A DNA stretch of 64,000 bases from Fibrobacteria bacterium (GTDB lineage Bacteria > Fibrobacterota > Chitinivibrionia > Chitinivibrionales > FEN-1185), in assembly GCA_037447435.1 (NCBI GenBank), contig JBBIGR010000005.1, positions 102,995 through 166,994 of the forward strand, written 5' to 3'. Under the pieces are notes generated by a model. That model worked only from the letters and a program-made list of their open reading frames with translations, had not been told where the DNA came from and made no database searches. A program made the translations under genes and the position numbers. This document shows positions 10,219-19,521 of this stretch, one piece after another (positions within the stretch are counted from its first letter, which is position 1; each line of letters opens with the position of its first letter).

Positions 10219-10227
10219 TTTTCCACA
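10219..10227 (+). promoter_or_regulatory. DnaA box directly downstream of dnaA
   Basis: TTTTCCACA matches TTWTNCACA and starts 1 nt after the stop codon. Confidence 0.6.
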
Positions 10228-10459
10228 CCTTCCCTTTCGGCCGTCCCGCTGTTTCATCTTTCGTTATTGGATCGGAGTACATGTCGCAATCGGATCGTGT
10301 AAGGTGTGACCATATCTTCTCTTCTTACCGGATATCGGCACCAATGTGCACTATGAGTTTTTTTTCTCTATAGCAGAGGCTATTAAAACGTCATGCTCCC
10401 ATAACGGGGGTTTTAATTATTTTTAAAGTTTAATTTCACCATTATAGGACATCGCCACT

Positions 10460-11077
10460 ATGAAGCAAATCCTCAAACGCGCAAAAGAAATACTCAATGC
10501 TGAAGCTGAAGCAATTTTAAATATTCCTTTAGACGATAATTTTGCAATAGCAATTGATCTATTATTTCATTGTAAAAACAAGGTCGTGACGACCGGCATG
10601 GGAAAAGCCGGAAATATTGCAAAAAAAATTGCAGGAACACTTTGTTCAACCGGCACACCCGCGTGTTTCTTACATCCCGGAGAATCTTCGCATGGCGACC
10701 TGGGGCTCCTTGACGAAGGGGACGTAATCGTAGCGTTTTCCACCAGCGGCAAAACGAGGGAAATCATCGAAATGCTGGAACGCGCAAAGGAATTCGGTGT
10801 CCATTCTTTCATTGGCATAACGTCTCATCCCGATTCAACTATCCGTAAACTATGCAATGTGGTCATAAGCATGGGTGAAATCTCCGAACCATGCTCGTTA
10901 GGCCTTACGCCAACCGCAAGCACCACGGTGATGATGGCTATCGGCGACGCATTGGCTTTAGTACTCATGGACAAGAAAAAGTTTACAAAAGAGCAATACG
11001 GCTCCCGACATCACGGCGGCTATTTGGGCCAAAAAGCACGTTCCCCGCATACCGGACCAACTTCGGTGTCAATTTAA
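10460..11077 (+). CDS. kdsD: Arabinose-5-phosphate isomerase (KdsD/KpsF family), SIS domain only
   Basis: 'GMGKAG', 'STGTPA', 'HGDLG', 'PTASTT', 'GDALA', 'HHGGYLG'; 205 aa, no CBS pair. Confidence 0.85.
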   Translation: MKQILKRAKEILNAEAEAILNIPLDDNFAIAIDLLFHCKNKVVTTGMGKAGNIAKKIAGTLCSTGTPACFLHPGESSHGDLGLLDEGDVIVAFSTSGKTREIIEMLERAKEFGVHSFIGITSHPDSTIRKLCNVVISMGEISEPCSLGLTPTASTTVMMAIGDALALVLMDKKKFTKEQYGSRHHGGYLGQKARSPHTGPTSVSI

Positions 11078-11079
11078 TC

Positions 11080-12723
11080 ATGAAAACATCTTCCGATTTT
11101 TTGGTAATAGGCAGCGGCATAGGCGGCCTCACGTTTGCTATTGCAGCAGCAGCAAAAGGTTCGGTTATCATGATTACAAAAAAATCGGATAGCGAATCGA
11201 ATACAAATTATGCGCAGGGTGGTATTGCCTGCGTCCTGGATCCCAAAGATAGTTTTGAAAACCATATTAGAGACACCCTTATTGCCGGTGCAGGGCTTTG
11301 TAATGAAGAAGCGGTACGTATACTTGTGACCGAAGGTCCGGAAGCAATCGATGAACTCATGACATGGGGCACGCATTTTTCAACTTCAAAAAAGTCTCGC
11401 GCACCCCATCGGTTGGATCTTGGCCGCGAAGGCGGACATTCCATGAATCGCATCGTCCACACCAATGACTTGACCGGCCACGACATTGAAGAAACGCTTT
11501 TGAATCAATTACGAAAAATGCCCAATGTAACATTGTATGAGAACCATTGTGCCGTCGAGCTTATCACCAATCATCATGTTTCGCCGCAACATACCCCTAA
11601 AAAAAACCAGTGTTTTGGCGCCTATGTACTAGATACTATAAAAAGAAATATTTTTTCCGTCGAGTCAAAGATAACATGTTTGTCAACAGGCGGCTGCGGA
11701 AGAGTTTATTTGCACACGACAAACCCTGAAATTGCCACTGGTGACGGTATTGCCATGGCTTACCGGGCAGGCGCGGTAATTGAGAATATGGAATTCATTC
11801 AATTTCATCCGACGACTTTGTATCATGAAAACGGCAATTCATTCCTGATTTCGGAAGCACTTCGGGGATTCGGCGCGGTATTAAAAGACTCTCGGGGCAT
11901 CGAATTCATGGATAAATACCACCATCAAAAGTCACTGGCGCCGCGGGACGTCGTCGCCCGCGCAATAGATAAAGAAATGAAATTATCGGGTGACAGTTGC
12001 GTGTTTCTTGACATAAGACATATACCCGCGAAAAAAGTCAAAGCGCATTTCCCTCATATTTACGGCAGATGCAAGGAATACGGCATCGATATTACCTCGG
12101 ATCTTATTCCGGTTGTCCCTGCGGCACATTATACGTGCGGGGGAATAAAAGTAGATTTGAACGGCAAAACAACCATTGAAAATCTTTACGCCTGCGGAGA
12201 AGCATCCTGTACCGGGATTCATGGAGCAAACAGACTCGCCTCTAATTCGCTTCTGGAAGCATTGGTATTTTCTCGCCGTGCTGCCCATACCGCAACCTGT
12301 GAAATTGCCCGAATTATCCGTATAGGCCATTCGCGGATACCCGCATGGGACGACAGCGGCACCATAGACAACGAAGAATGGGTTTTGCTATCCCACAATC
12401 TTACCGAAATTCAAACGGTCATGTGGGATTATGTAGGAATAGTACGCTCTAATTTGCGGCTACAACGAGCTTTGAGACGTGTTGCATTTTTGGAAAAAGA
12501 AATTGAAAATTTTTATAAGCGTACAAAGATTACCGCCAGGTTGCTTGAACTCCGGAATCTTGTCACCTGCGCAAAACTCATTGTCATTTCCGCTTTACGC
12601 CGACATGAAAGTCGCGGTTTACATTACACGACAGATTTTCCGTCCCAAAACGATACCTATTGGAAAAAAAACACGCAATGCGTAAAAAAAGCCCCCCTCG
12701 GGCGAAAACGTCGAACTTCATGA
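11080..12723 (+). CDS. nadB: L-aspartate oxidase
   Basis: 'IGSGIGGL', 'YAQGGIA', 'REGGHS', 'QFHPT', 'LAPRDVVAR', 'HGANRLASNSLLE', 'ESRGLHY'; ATG at 11080. Confidence 0.97.
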   Translation: MKTSSDFLVIGSGIGGLTFAIAAAAKGSVIMITKKSDSESNTNYAQGGIACVLDPKDSFENHIRDTLIAGAGLCNEEAVRILVTEGPEAIDELMTWGTHFSTSKKSRAPHRLDLGREGGHSMNRIVHTNDLTGHDIEETLLNQLRKMPNVTLYENHCAVELITNHHVSPQHTPKKNQCFGAYVLDTIKRNIFSVESKITCLSTGGCGRVYLHTTNPEIATGDGIAMAYRAGAVIENMEFIQFHPTTLYHENGNSFLISEALRGFGAVLKDSRGIEFMDKYHHQKSLAPRDVVARAIDKEMKLSGDSCVFLDIRHIPAKKVKAHFPHIYGRCKEYGIDITSDLIPVVPAAHYTCGGIKVDLNGKTTIENLYACGEASCTGIHGANRLASNSLLEALVFSRRAAHTATCEIARIIRIGHSRIPAWDDSGTIDNEEWVLLSHNLTEIQTVMWDYVGIVRSNLRLQRALRRVAFLEKEIENFYKRTKITARLLELRNLVTCAKLIVISALRRHESRGLHYTTDFPSQNDTYWKKNTQCVKKAPLGRKRRTS

Positions 12724-12737
12724 TATAGTCGCAACTT

Positions 12738-14708
12738 ATGAGTATACTTATCGGAGTTTTTTTACTTATCGCAATAGCGTTTGTCCTTGCAATTTCGTAC
12801 TATCATCGGCATATCAAATCAAAATGGCAAATCGCTTTCATTTCGATTCGGATATTGCTTTTTCTCACTTTGTTTTTTTCTTTCATCGAACCTATTCTTA
12901 CATTCGAACGTATTGCGTCCCCTTCCCGAGTAATGCCAATTCTTATAGATAATTCATTAAGCATGCAATTATTTAACCCCGATTCATCGGTTGTTCCGTT
13001 TATCGATTCGCTATTAAAAGTCAAACTGGACATTGATAATAATCCAATTGTGTTCAAACCATTTTTATTTGGTGATTCAATCGCCGAATTTCACCAACAA
13101 AGCAGAATCCCTTTCACGAACAATCAAAGTTTTTTTCCTACGTATTGGCGCGACAAACAGACAGCCAACGCGCCTTGTTGGCTCCTCATTAGCGATGGCA
13201 ATTTTTCGAATCCCTCGGTACCCAAAGAACTTTTATCCGATAAAAATGTGACCTATTCAGTGTTACCTAATCCGACGATTCGCGCAAATTTAAAAATTAC
13301 AGTTCACACGGAATCAACCATAGCTCCAAAGGATTCCATTTTTCCCGTTACAGTGCGCTATGACGGATTTTCTCCCGTGCGAGAAGACGGAATTCTCTTT
13401 TGTCGCATAAACGATAAAACGGTGTCTCGTAAAAGCTTGAATCTCGGCAAAGGTTTTTTTTCCGATACGACGACAATCCGATTGAAATCGGTGCACCAAG
13501 GAAGATTTTTATTCGCAATTTCAATTTCGATGCCGCGCGATACGCTCTATCGAACGGTATATTTTCCGCTCACGATCGTTCCCAGCAAATTTAATGCAGG
13601 TATTGTTTCAAATTCACCGGTATTGGATGAACGGTTTTTAAAAATTGCCCTTGACAATGACGAGCAATGGAAAATAGCCGATGATACGACAAAACAATTT
13701 GATGCACTATTTTGCTTTGATTTATCCTCACCGGATGTCCGCTTAATTTCAAAACTGCAGCCGCGAGGAGTACTTGCATTTCTTGGAAAACCTCCCTTTG
13801 AAACGCCAGGGATAGTTTCGGCAAAAACATTTGTACCACTTTTTAACCATACCTACGAGTCCGTTTTTCAACAATTGCGACTTCATGAAGTCCCCGCTCC
13901 GCTTGAAATGTACCGGTATGAAAAACAAAAGTTCACTAACCTTGATACGCTCATTTCGTGCATTGTTTCGGCGAACTCAATAACCGACACTATCCCGTTT
14001 CTTACCCGCGGCAGAATCTTTAATCATGATGATTTTATTGCAGCGGGGACAGAACTATGGCACATGGATTTTTGGCCGCTCTCTCTAATAAAACAAAGCG
14101 AGTCAACTTCGTTTTTGCAATATTTTACAGGACTAATTAAACAGCAAATCATTGCAAATTCTTTCAACAATTTCATCGCGTTTCCTGATGAAAATGATGA
14201 TTCCGAAAAAGATTCAGTCCGATTTTCATTGCTTTTGCCTTTCGAAATATCGTCACAACTCGAATCATCCGGCAAGATTTTCGCACAAATCAAAATCGAC
14301 TCTTTAAATCGTAGCATCGAATCATTATCTTCAATCCCGGTTTCTATTTTCGGAGCAACACCCCCAACAGTTACCGTACCATCGCCGAAAAATGGCAAGT
14401 ATAAATATCGCGTCACGATTACTGCTCATGGGAACTCCTATGAATATTCCGACTCTCTTTTTATTGGAAAAAACCAGGAAGAGCTGTTTGTTACCGGGCA
14501 AAACACTGCGTTGCTCAATCAATTCGGAACACCGTTGCAATCGAACTCCGTCAAGGCTGTTTTAAAGGCATATCATGATGCTTCATCGGCAAACCGGAAT
14601 ATCGTTATCGATTCTTTAGAAATAAGAAAAACATGGGCGCTTTTGTTCATCATAGTACTTCTCCTCATTTTCGAATGGATTTTCCGAAAAAAGCAGGAGC
14701 TTGAATAG
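12738..14708 (+). CDS. Membrane-anchored vWA-like domain protein
   Basis: Two N-terminal TM helices, MIDAS-like 'ILIDNSLSM' and 'LISDG', C-terminal TM with 'FEWIFRK'. Confidence 0.6.
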   Translation: MSILIGVFLLIAIAFVLAISYYHRHIKSKWQIAFISIRILLFLTLFFSFIEPILTFERIASPSRVMPILIDNSLSMQLFNPDSSVVPFIDSLLKVKLDIDNNPIVFKPFLFGDSIAEFHQQSRIPFTNNQSFFPTYWRDKQTANAPCWLLISDGNFSNPSVPKELLSDKNVTYSVLPNPTIRANLKITVHTESTIAPKDSIFPVTVRYDGFSPVREDGILFCRINDKTVSRKSLNLGKGFFSDTTTIRLKSVHQGRFLFAISISMPRDTLYRTVYFPLTIVPSKFNAGIVSNSPVLDERFLKIALDNDEQWKIADDTTKQFDALFCFDLSSPDVRLISKLQPRGVLAFLGKPPFETPGIVSAKTFVPLFNHTYESVFQQLRLHEVPAPLEMYRYEKQKFTNLDTLISCIVSANSITDTIPFLTRGRIFNHDDFIAAGTELWHMDFWPLSLIKQSESTSFLQYFTGLIKQQIIANSFNNFIAFPDENDDSEKDSVRFSLLLPFEISSQLESSGKIFAQIKIDSLNRSIESLSSIPVSIFGATPPTVTVPSPKNGKYKYRVTITAHGNSYEYSDSLFIGKNQEELFVTGQNTALLNQFGTPLQSNSVKAVLKAYHDASSANRNIVIDSLEIRKTWALLFIIVLLLIFEWIFRKKQELE

Positions 14709-14798
14709 GCCGGATTTTCTTTCTTGTTTTTATTCACTACAAGACTTATTTTAAAAGACTATCTAATTTCAAGCTTTATGAAAGAAGGTGATTTGTAC

Positions 14799-15017
14799 AT
14801 GAACGGTATTATTGTTAAAGAAGACGAAGCCTTTGAAAAAGCGCTACGACGTTTTACAAAAACATGTGAACGCGCAGGTATTCTTTCAGATATAAAAAAA
14901 TACAGACATTATGAAAAACCGAGCGAGGAAAGAAAAAGAAAAATGAACGCTTCACGCCGTAAAAAAGTGCGCGAAGAAAAACGTTTTACTTTTAAAGCCC
15001 CCAGGTTTTATAATTAA
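14799..15017 (+). CDS. rpsU: 30S ribosomal protein S21
   Basis: 'FEKALRRFTK', 'HYEKPSEERKRK'; GAAGGTGA RBS before ATG 14799. Confidence 0.95.
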   Translation: MNGIIVKEDEAFEKALRRFTKTCERAGILSDIKKYRHYEKPSEERKRKMNASRRKKVREEKRFTFKAPRFYN

Positions 15018-15043
15018 TCGTTAATTAATCGAATTGTTTTTTC

Positions 15044-15081
15044 AAAAAAACGCTGAAACGTAATCGTCTCAGCGTTTTTTT
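15044..15081. terminator. Bidirectional intrinsic terminator between rpsU and the SpoU gene
   Basis: A-tract, CGCTGA...TCAGCG stem, T-tract; overlaps the SpoU stop codon. Confidence 0.7.
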
Positions 15082-15629
15082 TCCATGGATTCGACAACCT
15101 TAAATCCAATAACGGCACACGAAGTTGCAACATTCATTGAATTTTTAAAACCAAACACCGGTATCTCAACTACGCTATCGCAAATATCAAGAATCTCCCT
15201 GCTTACGCCAAGCGCCTCGTTTCCAAAAACTATTCCTACTTCCTGCGGAATATCGATGATGTCGTAACGAATTGCATGCGATGCTGTTTCGGCTGCCCAT
15301 ACGCGAATACCACGACTCTTGAGCATTGCGATTGCATCAAAAGTGGATTCAAATTTTTTCCACGGCACATAATCTATAGTCCCGAGCGACGTTTTTTCAA
15401 GTTTGACGTGAGGGGGGCTTGCCGTATAGCCGCATAAAAAAAGTCCGCTGACCCGTAGAATATCGCATAACCTGAAAATAGCGCCGACATTAAACGCACT
15501 TCTTAGATTATCAAGGATGATATATAATTTATGTTTGGGTAATTTATTGTATTCGTCAAGAGGTATCAAGGTATCGAACGACCGGACTTCAAAATTCGTT
15601 TCCACGCCGCTTTTATCGCGCAGCTTCAC
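15069..15629 (-). CDS. TrmH/SpoU family RNA 2'-O-methyltransferase
   Basis: 'LDNLRSAFNVGAIFR', 'FGNEALG', 'IPVFGFKNSMNV'; GTG start at 15629 after GGAGG. Confidence 0.9.
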   Translation of the reverse strand: MKLRDKSGVETNFEVRSFDTLIPLDEYNKLPKHKLYIILDNLRSAFNVGAIFRLCDILRVSGLFLCGYTASPPHVKLEKTSLGTIDYVPWKKFESTFDAIAMLKSRGIRVWAAETASHAIRYDIIDIPQEVGIVFGNEALGVSREILDICDSVVEIPVFGFKNSMNVATSCAVIGFKVVESMEKKR

Positions 15630-16911
15630 CGTACTTCCTCCTTTTCCGTTCTTTTTCGGCATATACGAGCAATATTGCGCCGCCAATAAATACGATAATG
15701 ATCGATGACATTCCTAGACGCGATGAGAAAGAATCGGAAAATTTTAGAAAGTGCAATAAAAGTGTTACTTGACCAACCAATAACGGACCAATTATGATGG
15801 AAAATCTGCTGATAAGGTTTAAAAAACCGAAATATTCTGCGGAATCGTCCGCTGGTACGATTTTGGCAAAATAGGAACGAGACAGCGCCTGGACTCCGCC
15901 TTGCGCGATCGCAACAAGACTGGCTAAAAACATGTACTGTCCACTGGTTTTAAGTATTAAAAAACCAATGGTGCAAACGAGTATGTATATGGCAATACCG
16001 CACAGGATAGTTGATCCGGCACCTATGTATTTTGATAAATATGCAAACCCAATGGATGCAAAAAAAGCGATAAACTGTACCAAAACAATGGTTATTAAAA
16101 GTATTCTCTGGTCTATTCCAATGGACATTCCAAAATTCACTGCCATGGTAATGACGGTATAAACCCCATCCATATATAACCAGAACGCAATAATAAAAAA
16201 CACAAGAAGTTTATCGTTGGCAATTTTAAGAACAGTTCCTTTGAGCCGTCTCATGCTGTCAAGGATGAGCGCCTTTTTGCTTCCCAAAGGGTCGTTTTTA
16301 GCTTCCCGAACAAAAAACAGGATCGGTAAGGAAAACAAAAACCACCAGATCGCGACAGAGGCAAAAGCAACTCTCATTGCAAAAGCCTGATTTGGCAAAC
16401 CTATCCGCTGCCAGAATAAGACGACAACGATATCGACAACTAAAACTATTCCTCCGCCAATATAACCAACGGCGTACCCCCAGGAAGAGACAAAATCCAT
16501 TTCATTTTCCGGAACAATGTCTACCAGTAAAGAATCATAAAAGAGATTTGCGCAAGTAAAGCCAATATTTGCCAACACAAAAAGAGCTATAGCCACGGCC
16601 CATTGCCCTTGGCCCACAAAAAAAAGGCCTGCGGTCATAGACACTCCGAGTATTATAAAAGAGCCAAGGAATGTCTTTTTTCCGTGGGAGGCATCTGCAA
16701 AAGCGCCAATAAGCGGCGATAATAACGCAGCAATAGTCCCTGCAATTGTGTTTCCAAGGCCTAAACGAGCCGTATTAACCGCAGAATGAGCCTGAATATC
16801 CCAAAAAGTTTTAAACAAGACGGGATAAAAGGCAGTAAGAACCACTACGGCAAAAGACGAATTTGCCCAATCGTACATGCACCAGCTTATAATCGATTTA
16901 TTGAGTTTCAT
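15613..16911 (-). CDS. MFS transporter, UMF1/Atg22-like
   Basis: 'SWCMYDWANSSF', 'FYDSLL', 'QALSRSYF', about 12 hydrophobic segments. Confidence 0.88.
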   Translation of the reverse strand: MKLNKSIISWCMYDWANSSFAVVVLTAFYPVLFKTFWDIQAHSAVNTARLGLGNTIAGTIAALLSPLIGAFADASHGKKTFLGSFIILGVSMTAGLFFVGQGQWAVAIALFVLANIGFTCANLFYDSLLVDIVPENEMDFVSSWGYAVGYIGGGIVLVVDIVVVLFWQRIGLPNQAFAMRVAFASVAIWWFLFSLPILFFVREAKNDPLGSKKALILDSMRRLKGTVLKIANDKLLVFFIIAFWLYMDGVYTVITMAVNFGMSIGIDQRILLITIVLVQFIAFFASIGFAYLSKYIGAGSTILCGIAIYILVCTIGFLILKTSGQYMFLASLVAIAQGGVQALSRSYFAKIVPADDSAEYFGFLNLISRFSIIIGPLLVGQVTLLLHFLKFSDSFSSRLGMSSIIIVFIGGAILLVYAEKERKRRKYGEAAR

Positions 16912-16940
16912 GAAGAGTAAGAAAAATATATCAGCTTACC

Positions 16941-18188
16941 TTAAGTTTTCTTCTCTTTTTTCTCTGCGGCAGGAAAAAGAACATTATTTAATATGAGCCT
17001 GTAGCCCGGAGAGTTCTTGTGCAGACGTAAATCGGTCGGCTTATTGCCGACGGCATGGGAATAATCCTCCGGATCATGGCCGCCCAAATAGGCAAATTGG
17101 CCTTTTCCTGCAACCCCATGAAGATAATTGACACATGCAGTACCCGGCACCGATGCAAGAATTATGACGCTTTTTTTAATCACCTTTTTATTGAACGAGG
17201 TGCAAAGCCCATAAAACCCGGTTATGGTTTTCACATGGTCTTGCACAAGCATGCTGGGAACAGGATCAAGTTTTGCACTGAAATCGAACAATTCAAAATC
17301 CAGAGCCGGCGCGCGCATCGGTGTATTGACAAGGTTCATATCTATGTTGTCAAAATACGACTGGTACGGATCGGTTTGAATAGAAAAATTTTCAAATGCC
17401 AAACAATTATTAAAATTGAGCTTCGCGGCATAATTAGGATCGATACCGTCGCCATCGTATACGTCGCCGACGATATCGGTCCCCAGTGCCGACAGTGCGA
17501 TTTCCAAAGTGTTTGTTGCGCTGCACATAGCAAAAAGGAATCCGCCCTTTTCAACATAATTTTTAATAGACAATGCAACGGCTTTTTTGCATTCGCTTAC
17601 TTTTTTAAATCCAAGATCCTTTGCAAGTTTCTCAAGTTCCATTTGTTGTTGCTGATACCATGTCGTTGTATGAAATGAAAGGTAGAACTTGCTATATTGT
17701 CCGGTAAAATCCTCATGATGCAAATGCAACCAATCGTAATCGGACAATTTTCCGGTCAATACTTCTTTATCGTAAATTTTATCGTACGGAATATCGGCGT
17801 AGGTCAAGGCAAGCGTTACCGCATCATCCCATGGAAGTTTGGTTGGCGGGGTATAGACTGCTATCCGGGGAGTTTTTTCCAAAGTCACCCGCTCCATATT
17901 ACTGTTCTCTATGGTTTGTAAAATATCCGTCCATTCATTATTCGAAATCTTTTTAACTGTAATTCCATTTTTTATTGCACCGAGCTCAAATTCACGGGAG
18001 TCGTCTGAAGCAAACGAGCCGCCACGGAAATTGAGCAGCCAATATACTTTGCCCCCAGATTTTAATTGCCTGTATACAAGCCCATACGCCTTCAAATGAT
18101 CCGTTTGCGTTTCGTCCATAGGAATAAGAAGCATTGCCGTCGCAGAATGGACAATACATAGCACCGCAATAAAAATTATTGTCTTCAT
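16941..18188 (-). CDS. Exported class I glutamine-amidotransferase-like protein (family often labelled 'asparagine synthetase B')
   Basis: Signal peptide, 'QTDHLKAYG', 'WDDAVTLAL', 'DWLHLHHEDFTGQY', 'GGFLFAMCSAT', 'GGHDPEDY', 'GYRLILNN'. Confidence 0.75.
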   Translation of the reverse strand: MKTIIFIAVLCIVHSATAMLLIPMDETQTDHLKAYGLVYRQLKSGGKVYWLLNFRGGSFASDDSREFELGAIKNGITVKKISNNEWTDILQTIENSNMERVTLEKTPRIAVYTPPTKLPWDDAVTLALTYADIPYDKIYDKEVLTGKLSDYDWLHLHHEDFTGQYSKFYLSFHTTTWYQQQQMELEKLAKDLGFKKVSECKKAVALSIKNYVEKGGFLFAMCSATNTLEIALSALGTDIVGDVYDGDGIDPNYAAKLNFNNCLAFENFSIQTDPYQSYFDNIDMNLVNTPMRAPALDFELFDFSAKLDPVPSMLVQDHVKTITGFYGLCTSFNKKVIKKSVIILASVPGTACVNYLHGVAGKGQFAYLGGHDPEDYSHAVGNKPTDLRLHKNSPGYRLILNNVLFPAAEKKEKKT

Positions 18189-18339
18189 GATTACAAAATA
18201 GTTTACTCCATGCCGGGTTTCACAAATTGTCCTTGCCTCAAACATGTATAGACATCTATTTTTCTCAGTAAGGGGGTACCATTGATAATTTGCAATGCGA
18301 AAGCCCCGCTATTTTAAAATTTTCTTCGCCGGGGGGCTT

Positions 18340-19425
18340 ATGAATTTTTTAAGGATCTGTTCGTTCTCGATTTTTCTTCTCTTTTCTTTTCACACCGCCT
18401 TTTCCGCCACCTTTGCCTGGACCGGGATACGATGCCCGGCAAAAATCAGCCAAAAAGAAGGAATCAGCGGCTACCCAAATAAAATCGGCACATTTACTCT
18501 TTTGTCTGGTAAAGAAGATTGGGGACAATGTGTTTTTAATGTCAACAATCGGTTTCAGAGCTCAAAGCCATGGGCAACTTGGGCAGTAGGAACGATTCCG
18601 GAAAATATTACTCCGCTTTCGGATCAAAAGCACAATGAATACCTCTCATACATGGATCTTTTGGGTGTTTCCATTTTTCTAGAGCTTATTCCAACGAATC
18701 AAAATGTCGTAACCTTAATAAACGACAATCTCACAAAATTCGGTAACCATTCATGCGTTAGCGGAATTGGTATCGATCTTGAATATTATACGGGAACAGT
18801 TGACCCAAAGGCGTGGGATGATAAGGCAAAATCCTTCAAATCAACATACCGGTTATATATGAAACATTGGGAAACTGCTAAAATGGGGACATACCGTGGA
18901 AAAGGTGATTTGATTTTTATTTGCACATCATCGGAGGGCACCGTTTCATCGCTAACCGATGCATTCGCATCTTGGGCAACGACCTTCGCACCCAATGCCG
19001 TTGCCTTTCAAATAGGATACCCTGCAGACGAAGACGCGGAAAACGGCAGTAAAGGCGGTTGGGCTGCGTTTGCTGATCCAATTAAGGATTGGGGATCGCA
19101 AATTTTAACGAAAATCACCAATGCATCGCAGGAAGTAGGGATATTATGGGTTACGGTTAAATCCGGCAAATCCTATAATACCTCTTGGGATCTGACCAAA
19201 GGTGCAAAACTTCCCGATATTACAACCGTCACCCCGGAAAATGTTTTAAAGAATCAATTTGGATTCACCACGACAACGACCATCAAAACGGGGATTTACA
19301 TTTCACGAAAAAATTTGATTCAGGGAAACGGTTCTTTTTTAAATGTACTCGGCCAAAAAATGATATCCTCGGGAAATTTTCATTCCGGAGTTTTAATTAA
19401 AAGCCCCCAGCTTCAAACTCGCTAA
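18340..19425 (+). CDS. Secreted hypothetical protein, possible TIM-barrel glycosidase-like fold, with short T9SS-like tail
   Basis: Signal peptide; 'GIGIDLEYY' DxE motif; Thr-rich linker and 'NVLGQK..SGVLI' tail. Confidence 0.55.
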   Translation: MNFLRICSFSIFLLFSFHTAFSATFAWTGIRCPAKISQKEGISGYPNKIGTFTLLSGKEDWGQCVFNVNNRFQSSKPWATWAVGTIPENITPLSDQKHNEYLSYMDLLGVSIFLELIPTNQNVVTLINDNLTKFGNHSCVSGIGIDLEYYTGTVDPKAWDDKAKSFKSTYRLYMKHWETAKMGTYRGKGDLIFICTSSEGTVSSLTDAFASWATTFAPNAVAFQIGYPADEDAENGSKGGWAAFADPIKDWGSQILTKITNASQEVGILWVTVKSGKSYNTSWDLTKGAKLPDITTVTPENVLKNQFGFTTTTTIKTGIYISRKNLIQGNGSFLNVLGQKMISSGNFHSGVLIKSPQLQTR

Positions 19426-19521
19426 TTTTCTTAAATAAATTAATTTTCTCAAAGGCAGCCGGCTTGGTTTACTTATTTACATCGGGTCGGCAACCCTTTA
19501 TCATTTTATTTTATAAGGATT

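Noticed and set aside
10891..11079. 63-aa N-terminal extension of the nadB ORF
   Set aside because: Overlaps kdsD out of frame; NadB homology starts at ATG 11080.
17055..17678. 207-aa plus-strand ORF
   Set aside because: Antisense to the well-supported GATase-like gene; no recognisable features.
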